Of a stretch of DNA of 64,000 nucleotides, positions 56,920 through 64,000 are shown in pieces. Position 1 is the stretch's first letter. Each line of letters starts with the position of its first letter. A model generated the notes under the pieces. The model did not search any database. It was not told the DNA's origin and saw only the letters and a program-made list of their open reading frames with translations. The translations under genes and the position numbers were made by a program. The stretch comes from a bacterium (lineage in GTDB: Bacteria; Electryoneota; JAOADG01): the NCBI GenBank assembly GCA_963681965.1, contig OY820579.1, forward strand, positions 256,001 to 320,000, written 5' to 3'.

Positions 56920-57939
56920 CTAAAATGGTAGATCGTCATCGATCTCATTTTTCCCGACATGTTCTTTAACATTTTCACTACACGTTTGTTGACATAAGAA
57001 ATATCCGGATTGCGTTAATGTAAAATATTCTATTTCTAAATTGTGAGTGTCCGATTTTACACTACTTCTATTGATTAATTTCATCTCATTTTCAACTGTT
57101 TCGAGATCTTTATATAAATCGCCAACTTCAACAAAAATCCAACTACTTCTGTCATCTAATTCAAATGGTAGGTTAATACTGCTTGATGAATAAGCTGATT
57201 TAACTATATCATTTAAAATACCAAAACAAATATCTCCATTCTTATACATAAATTCTAATGAACGCGCCTGATTGTCGTTCAGTACCGACCACATACCCAT
57301 CAACATTCTTTTTTCATTTTCGCTGGGTTGATCCGTATTAGTAGAAGTTATTTCACTGTTTGTCGTTACTGAGTTTTTCGCAAACCTATGGAAATTTTCG
57401 CTGGTAATTTTACTATTATCGTAAACATTTTGTGGAACATCTCGCATTACATTATTCATCAAACTTGAAATACAGTTGATAATCTCATTTGCAAATTCCT
57501 CTTCAGTATTATACTCTTTATAGAGTATGTTCTCTTGAAGTGTTTTCTTATACTCCTGCAACCTATCAAATTGGCATCTATCGTGATTTTGAGGTATATC
57601 TCTCGTGCAAAAAAACAGCATTACCTTTTTATTATTCTTTCTTGCCTCCTCGATTTCATGAATAGTTCCACTTGGATATTTCTGTGTAGGCGATCCAATT
57701 TTGCTCCAGAATATACCTATGACGACATCACATTCATCTGCCGCTTGTTCTTGAATAACTTCCTGAGGATGCCCATCAGCAGGATATACGTTTTCCCAAC
57801 CTTTAGCAAGAATGACGTAGTGAGTATTACTAGAATTAATATCATTCCACTTTTGGATTTGTGCCTTTAAGATGTTTCTTTCACGTTCAACATCATTTGG
57901 TGACGCAATGAAAACGGAAATTACTTTTGCTGGATACAT
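56920..57939 (-). CDS. DUF4062/TIR-like domain protein
   Basis: VFIASP.DV..ER, PQ..I, CD..IGIFW..IGSP, SGT..EI; AT-rich; ends DDDLPF. Confidence 0.8.
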   Translation of the reverse strand: MYPAKVISVFIASPNDVERERNILKAQIQKWNDINSSNTHYVILAKGWENVYPADGHPQEVIQEQAADECDVVIGIFWSKIGSPTQKYPSGTIHEIEEARKNNKKVMLFFCTRDIPQNHDRCQFDRLQEYKKTLQENILYKEYNTEEEFANEIINCISSLMNNVMRDVPQNVYDNSKITSENFHRFAKNSVTTNSEITSTNTDQPSENEKRMLMGMWSVLNDNQARSLEFMYKNGDICFGILNDIVKSAYSSSSINLPFELDDRSSWIFVEVGDLYKDLETVENEMKLINRSSVKSDTHNLEIEYFTLTQSGYFLCQQTCSENVKEHVGKNEIDDDLPF

Positions 57940-58115
57940 TTTCAGTCCTTACTAGAACCGCACGACAAAGATTAATTCAGTTCTCTTCTCACAATAAATT
58001 ACAATATTTTTTCCTTCAAATCTACCAACCATTGACATTTTAACAAATCAAGCAGATCTTAACTAATACACTCAATTTTTACCCAACTTACCGATCAAAG
58101 AAGCGAGACGTTTTC

Positions 58116-58508
58116 ATGGATCTCACCACCGCCTATCACGCCTTGCGGATACCGCCGGGTAGCACGCCGGAAGCGGCGAAGAGCGCCTTCGACGGGATGA
58201 CGCAATTCCTGCAAGCGGACAGCGCGGAAAACTTGTCCGAGCTGCAGCAGATTGCGCTCGAAGAGAAGCGCAATTACCTGCAGGACGCATTACAAACCAT
58301 CGCAACCGAACACGCTTCTCGGATGGAACGCGCCCAGCAATTCGCCAAATCCGACGCGGAGCAGTCCGATCACTCCCAACTATCTCCCGCCGCACAGGAA
58401 GCACTGGCGAAATTTGGCGCCGCATCCAATCGCGAGGCACAGGAGCGGGAAGATTCTGACCGAAATAACATGAACGGTATCTCATTCAATATGTGGCAGT
58501 GGTTTTAA
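58116..58508 (+). CDS. J-domain-like protein lacking HPD
   Basis: AY..L.I..G......K.AF and A.EK...LQ.A...I helical pattern; QAD in place of HPD. Confidence 0.55.
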   Translation: MDLTTAYHALRIPPGSTPEAAKSAFDGMTQFLQADSAENLSELQQIALEEKRNYLQDALQTIATEHASRMERAQQFAKSDAEQSDHSQLSPAAQEALAKFGAASNREAQEREDSDRNNMNGISFNMWQWF

Positions 58509-58564
58509 TATCGTTCACTACGGCAATCATTCCGATTGCACCACACCACTTCGACTAAAACGCA

Positions 58565-58590
58565 CACGGCACGACTTTCGTCGTGCCGCG
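58565..58590. terminator. hairpin between convergent genes
   Basis: CGGCACGAC-TTTC-GTCGTGCCG. Confidence 0.65.
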
Positions 58591-58618
58591 GTCGTAATAA
58601 ACAAAATACAATGAAACG

Positions 58619-60817
58619 TTACTTCACCAGCACCAGCTTGCGAACGGCACTGTACCGGCTAGCCTCGAATTTGAGGAAGTAAATACCGGTTGCCAGTTTG
58701 TCCGCGCGGATGAGCTGTGAATGCGTGCCCGCATTGACTTTACCGCTGAACAACGTTTCCACTTCACGCCCGGTTACATCAAACAGTCGCATCGTGATAT
58801 TCATCGATGTCGGCACTGTGAAGTTCACAGTCGTGGAGGGGTTGAACGGATTCGGATATGCTTCACTGACCGTAATCGCACTCGGCATTTCGATCGGCTC
58901 GCCAGCGGATTGGGTACCGTTGCCGACGCGCAATGCAACCGGAATGGTTACCGGTGCCGGGATATTCCCGCGGAACTGGATCGTTCCAGTCAGCGAGGAG
59001 TCGGTGTGGATATTATACGAATTCGCATTGATACCGATCGTACGTTGTGCTCCGGCACCCAACACAAACGAAACCGGCGACGCATTGCCCCAACTGTACA
59101 ACGGGGACAAATTCAACGTGCGACTCGCTGGAACCGCGGTATTGTATGCAATCTGAGTGAATTCGGTGGCACTCGACTGAATACCGATGGTGGCACTGCT
59201 CAAATTACCAGTCATATTCCGATAGACAAATTTGATCGTTCCGTCATTGGCATTCAAGATAATTTCGAACGACATCGTCGAGGACGGATCGCCGGTGCGA
59301 TACACATCTTCCCACGCGAATACTGCAATCCCACGTTCCAAATCGGTCAGGTAATACGCTTGTCCATCCGGAACCGTAAGATCATCCCAGAACGGTGCGA
59401 GCATGGTCGTCGCCACATTCGTCGGGAATTCGGTATTCGTCGTACTTGTCGTCGTACGAATCGAATTGAAAGTGATGAATCCACTCGAGGACATAATAAA
59501 CTGTGGATAATAATACCCGAACATCGGGAATTGAATATCCATCGGGTACGGACCTACCGCCGTATTTCGACCAACCGGACCGAGTTGCGAGTTGCCGGTA
59601 TCGGCAACAAACCATTCGGTTCCAGAGGTTGAATATTGGTATTCGTTTCGACCCAAAACCGCCGAAACAGTACCGATAAACCGATCGGTTCCGGAATTGC
59701 GGATCGTGATACTGGCATTGTCCTGCGCCAACGTATCCATCGTGAACGATAGACTGTCGGGACTTAGCGTAATAGAAGTGATTCCTACTACCTGGAAATT
59801 CTTGGGCGAGATTTCGACATGATTCCCTTCGACAATCTTAATTCGGCATGCCGTTGCAGTCGGACCCGGTACCGTCCAAGTGTAACTTCCGGTATTCGGT
59901 GCTGATGTCGTAATTGTGTCCCAAGTGCCAGTCGGATAGTTCCGATTGTAGAGCAGCGTCAAGTTGCCGGAGAACACCAAGGGTTCCCACATGATGTGAG
60001 TGGTGTCGCCGACAAAGAACAACTCGTCGCCTACTGGCGCCGTGACGTTGCAAGTGGTTTTGTACGCCGATTGGTATACTTCACGGGCAGAACCAGACGA
60101 AGTCTCATTCTGAACCCACACGATAGCAGCACAGCTATCCGCAGTGAATGCCGTCGCGCCAGTCGATCTCACCGGAAATTGACCGGTAAACGTCAACGTG
60201 TCGGATGTTCGACCGGAATGTGTAAAGCTGTAACCCGCAGAGGTACTTCCGGCAAAACCATCGAATGGCCAATAAAACGTGGTCATTCCATTTCGGGTCG
60301 CCGTTGCCAGTCGCTTGAATGTTGTGACAATACCGATGCGAAGTTTTACGTTGTTGAATGCACTGTCGGCAACCGCTTTCACAATCACGTTGAGGGTATC
60401 GCGATTGGCACTGGGACTGTTGATCACCTTCAGCCAAATATGCGAAGCCACTCGTCCACGATTGGTAATAGCGGTTAACATTGCAGCGGCATTCCCTGCA
60501 CTCGACGACGCTCCGTCGAGATATCCCGCCGGAATTGAATTTACACCATATGCAGTACGTCGCGCTTCGTTATCGGTCGGATTTGCCAAATACCAGATAT
60601 CGTAATTGGCTGTCGGCCAATTCTGGTGGTAAAAAACTGGTGTTACTACGTCTCTTCCTTGCCCCGCAAGAAATGGATCGAGCCACGCGTGCTCGGTCGC
60701 ACAGCCGGGTCAAGACGTGCTGGTAAACCCTTCGAACAAGACCGTACGCGGATAACTGAAAGCAGTTACCGAGCAGGCGAGTACGAAGAGCGCGGAAAAT
60801 AAACGCAATTTCTTCAT
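58619..60817 (-). CDS. predicted secreted selenoprotein: Omp28-like thioredoxin (UxxC) domain, Ig/NIDO-like domains and T9SS CTD (732 aa, Sec36)
   Basis: SD GGGAG, ATG 60817, signal peptide, RTVLFEGFTSTS-TGA-PGC, YHQNWP, YGVNSIP...DG in frame with listed ORF 58619..60589; LAPFWDDL; YPNPFNPST CTD. Confidence 0.82.
60676..60698 (-). promoter_or_regulatory. putative bacterial SECIS element
   Basis: mRNA GA-C-CGAGC-ACGCGUG-GCUCG-A-UC hairpin, apical loop about 20 nt 3' of the UGA; folded by eye. Confidence 0.55.
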
Positions 60818-60973
60818 CGATACTCCCATTCTCAAAGAATCAAACACTCTTCGCCAAACATCGGTTTAGCTACTCTATAATAATCAATTCCAGTACATTC
60901 CAAAAACAATCTCTTTGCTATTTTAATTTTTTCCAATGTTGTCTAAAAAAGTGTCAGTCGATCGCATGAGAGT

Positions 60974-61001
60974 AAAAAAACGGAGCACCTAAGTGCTCCG
61001 T
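60974..61001 (-). terminator. terminator of SOD gene
   Basis: Minus strand ACGGAGCAC-TTAG-GTGCTCCG followed by TTTTTTT. Confidence 0.88.
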
Positions 61002-61030
61002 CCAGTCCGAATGAATGATATTCTGTGAAG

Positions 61031-61624
61031 TTAGTGGCAACCAGCGAATCGCTTACTGACATCTGCCCAATTCAACAAATTCCACCAAGTTTCGACAAAA
61101 GCGGCTCGTTTGTTCTGGAATTTCAAATAATAAGCGTGTTCCCAGACATCCAGAACAAGCAACGGGGTAACACCCCAGACCGTTAGATCCTGATGCTTTT
61201 CCGATTGCAGAATTTCCAGTTTCTTGCCACGCGGTTCCCACGCTAAAATTGCCCAACCGCTACCCTCAACGGCAACAGCGGCTGCGGAAAACTGCTTCTT
61301 GAACGTTTCGAAACTACCGAAATCGCGATTGATTTGCTCGGAAATCGGACCAGTCGGCAATCCACCAGCATTGGGTGCCATATTTTCCCAATACATCTGA
61401 TGCATGAAGTGTCCGGAACCGTGAAATGCTACTTCTCGCGACCAATGCTTCACCAACGAAAAGTCGCCGGCTTCGCGGGCAGCGGCAAGTTTCGCTTCGG
61501 CATTGTTCAGTCCGTCGACATAGGCTTTGTGATGCATATCGTGATGTAAACGAACAGTTTGTTCGTCCATGTGTGGTTCTAACGCGTTGTAAGCATACGG
61601 TAATGGCGGTAATTCGTACGGCAT
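61031..61624 (-). CDS. Fe/Mn superoxide dismutase
   Basis: LPPLPYAYNALEP, HH..HH..YV, GSGW, DVWEHAYY; metal specificity not assigned. Confidence 0.97.
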   Translation of the reverse strand: MPYELPPLPYAYNALEPHMDEQTVRLHHDMHHKAYVDGLNNAEAKLAAAREAGDFSLVKHWSREVAFHGSGHFMHQMYWENMAPNAGGLPTGPISEQINRDFGSFETFKKQFSAAAVAVEGSGWAILAWEPRGKKLEILQSEKHQDLTVWGVTPLLVLDVWEHAYYLKFQNKRAAFVETWWNLLNWADVSKRFAGCH

Positions 61625-61819
61625 TTTGTTACTCCTCAAATTGTCGGAACAGCCGGGGAAACCGGCATATTTACATTCAAAAGATTGTTACAATATTACT
61701 GTAAAATGGTACGGATTTCGGATTCAAACGTTGGCAGTGCCGATTTCGTTGATCCAGCGTAATACTCTCTGAGTGATATCAATGAAATCGAGTTCCAGAG
61801 GTAATCGAAAAAAACGGTC

Positions 61820-62710
61820 TTACTCATGTTCCGGACGGGTTTTCCAGCGGCGATGTAACCACAACCATTGCTCGGGATATTCCCGAACGGTTCGTTCCAA
61901 GCGAGCGGTAATCCGTTTCATCCCCTCTTCGACAGCGGCATCGTGATCGGCAGGTAGATCGGACAAGTCCATCCGTTCATAGGTTACTCTAAATTTTCGA
62001 TTTCCGAGCCGGATCCCTTCGGTAAAGAAAACCGGTGCCCCGGTACGTAACGCAAACACCATTGCACCTCGAGGTGTCGAAGCGAGTCGCCCGAAAAACG
62101 GCACAAATACCCCTTCCCGGTGCCCATCTTGATCGCAGAGGAGCGCAATCAGTCTACCGCTTCGAAGTGCGCGGAGCGTGCCTTTGGCAGCATTGTCGTT
62201 GCGATTCACAATCTCGATGCCGCATCCTTGGCGAAGCGAGTCCATTTCAGCTTCGATCAATCGGTTGGCTTGCGAGGCAACGATGTAGGTGAGCGGGATA
62301 CCGCTTAACGAGGTTCCCGCTCCCATCCATTCCCAATTACCGAGATGCCCGGAAACACCGATTGCCCCTTTCCCTTCGGCAAGTCCGGCACGCAATTCTT
62401 CCAAACCGCGGAACTCCATCTGACTGGTAATATTTTCTGAAGTCAGCAACGGGAGCCGAGCAAATTCCGCGAGTGTTCTTCCAAACGAGCGGTACATTTC
62501 ATTGGCGATTTGGTGGCACTCGGATTCGGTTTTTTCGGGAAATGCCAGCATCAATTGTTCGATCGCCACCCGCTTCCGAATACCAATCAAAGCAATCAAT
62601 GAACCAATTCCCGCACCGATCGCGCGCGAAGTTTGCAACGGCGTTATGCGAAAGATCGATTCGATGCCACGAATTGCCCACAGCTCCAATTTTGCCCGAA
62701 AAGAATGCAC
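61820..62710 (-). CDS. lipid A lauroyl/myristoyl acyltransferase (LpxL/HtrB family)
   Basis: H.GNWE, DQ, FVPFFG, PEQWLWLHRRWK. Confidence 0.92.
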   Translation of the reverse strand: MHSFRAKLELWAIRGIESIFRITPLQTSRAIGAGIGSLIALIGIRKRVAIEQLMLAFPEKTESECHQIANEMYRSFGRTLAEFARLPLLTSENITSQMEFRGLEELRAGLAEGKGAIGVSGHLGNWEWMGAGTSLSGIPLTYIVASQANRLIEAEMDSLRQGCGIEIVNRNDNAAKGTLRALRSGRLIALLCDQDGHREGVFVPFFGRLASTPRGAMVFALRTGAPVFFTEGIRLGNRKFRVTYERMDLSDLPADHDAAVEEGMKRITARLERTVREYPEQWLWLHRRWKTRPEHE

Positions 62711-64000
62711 TACTTCTCCGTCAAGGTGTATACTTTATCCCAATTATCCGGTGGTGGATCGCGTAAGTACCCTAGCGATCGTTCGTAAAATGTCTTTGCC
62801 GGACCATCGTTGGGATCCAATGCCAATACTCGTTTGAATAAGGTACAAGAGGTTTCGAATTCCCCTTCGTCGTACTTTTGTCGTGCTTCACGGAAAGTCG
62901 CGAGCAGCGTCGCTAGTTTCGGAGGCAGCGATCCGTTGTTTTCCGCAACGACTTCATAGATCTCGACGACCTGGGTTTTTCCAATTACCCGGATGCGGTC
63001 GAGAAACCTCGTCACAAAAGCGTCGCCAAGTTCACTGAGGGTATCGGCGCTACAGATAATAGTGGTTTCGTAAATCTTATTGACGCTTTCAAGTCGAGAT
63101 CCAAGATTGACAGCATCACCCATTACGGTATAATCGAAAACATCTTCGGAGCCCATGTTTCCGACAATCATGTCACCGGTATTGATCCCGACCCGGGAAT
63201 ACAATTTCGGGCGCGACTCATTTGCCCATTTAGTACGAAGTTCAGCTAACTTTCGCTGCATTCTCAACGCAGAGCGGCATGCTCGGATGGCGTGATCCGG
63301 ATAGTGAATTGGCGCGCCGAATTCAGCCATAATCAAGTCGCCTTCGTACTTATCAATAATCCCTTCTTCCGCAAGAATCTCCCGCGTCATCGCCGTTAAA
63401 TATTCGTTCAATAAACTGACCAGAGCTTCCGGCGACATCCGTTCCGAAATTGAGGTAAAACCGGCAACATCGGTAAAGAGTACCGTAAGTCGACGACGTT
63501 CCCCACCAAGGCGTAACATCTCCGGTTTGTCGAGGAGTTCACCAACAACCTTTTTGGGAACGTAGCGACCGAACATTCCGCGGATTTTCGCTTTCTCTTT
63601 CTGTTCCCGCAACACTCGTCGTAATACCGTCAGAATAAACACCAAGCTGATCGACGACATCGGCGCTATCGATTGTGTCATGTAATTGCCATAGATGAAC
63701 ACAAACGCGGATCCAAAGAACACCAGTAAAATCGACGCTACTGTGATGATCACACCTACCCAGACACTGCGGTGGTGTGCTACCCACCAGACTGGAATAC
63801 AAAGCAGAAGCCAGATGAAGAATTGAATCCAAAATGAGATTCTGATCAAGAAGCTATTGGAAAGAAGTGTCCAGAGCGCATGTGCGTGAATCTCGACCCC
63901 GGGCATTTTAGCTGGTGAGGGGTCGTACAAATCGAATGGTGTCGAGCGAACGTCCTGCATCGCCGGCATCGTATTACCGACAAATACGATTTTATCTTTA
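62710..64000 (-). CDS. CHASE2-sensor class III adenylate/guanylate cyclase with C-terminal TPR (5' part outside window)
   Basis: MPGVEIHA (CHASE2 end), three TM helices, LFTDVAGFT.ISE, DKYEGD, GNMGS....DYTVMGDAVNLGSRLE. Confidence 0.93.
   Translation of the reverse strand, partial: KDKIVFVGNTMPAMQDVRSTPFDLYDPSPAKMPGVEIHAHALWTLLSNSFLIRISFWIQFFIWLLLCIPVWWVAHHRSVWVGVIITVASILLVFFGSAFVFIYGNYMTQSIAPMSSISLVFILTVLRRVLREQKEKAKIRGMFGRYVPKKVVGELLDKPEMLRLGGERRRLTVLFTDVAGFTSISERMSPEALVSLLNEYLTAMTREILAEEGIIDKYEGDLIMAEFGAPIHYPDHAIRACRSALRMQRKLAELRTKWANESRPKLYSRVGINTGDMIVGNMGSEDVFDYTVMGDAVNLGSRLESVNKIYETTIICSADTLSELGDAFVTRFLDRIRVIGKTQVVEIYEVVAENNGSLPPKLATLLATFREARQKYDEGEFETSCTLFKRVLALDPNDGPAKTFYERSLGYLRDPPPDNWDKVYTLTEK

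Noticed and set aside
60710-60712. Genome-wide UGA reassignment (code 4 or 25) as the explanation of the in-frame TGA
   Set aside because: TGA ends conserved genes at expected positions here (mutL, pyk, MNT) and Trp is encoded by TGG

Overview
Bacterial chromosomal window, probably from an FCB-superphylum lineage outside the classical Bacteroidetes. This is inferred from eight Por/T9SS-type C-terminal-domain proteins together with clear Shine-Dalgarno sites and an intact anti-SD. It contains a complete IS3 and a complete IS1595 element, dnaK with a sigma54-type promoter, a full rRNA operon (16S, tRNA-Ile, tRNA-Ala, 23S, 5S on the minus strand), two HEPN-MNT toxin-antitoxin pairs, housekeeping genes (mutL, miaA, pyk, coaE, Xaa-Pro peptidase, SOD, LpxL-like, orphan citF), a MacA/MacB/TolC-like set, several REP-like repeat families and two AT-rich islets. 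The main observation is that the ORF listed as 58619..60589 extends to an ATG at 60817 through one in-frame TGA (60710-60712). That TGA is the first position of a thioredoxin-like UxxC motif (FTSTS-U-PGC) and is followed by a SECIS-like hairpin. This predicts a signal-peptide-bearing, Omp28-like, T9SS-exported selenoprotein lying just downstream of superoxide dismutase. Other leads: a stand-alone secreted domain ending in TWGSIKAMFR instead of a T9SS CTD, a DUF4062/TIR-like protein ending in an SSB-like DDDLPF tail, and a decayed carbonic anhydrase. No database searches were run; family calls come from recognised motifs.
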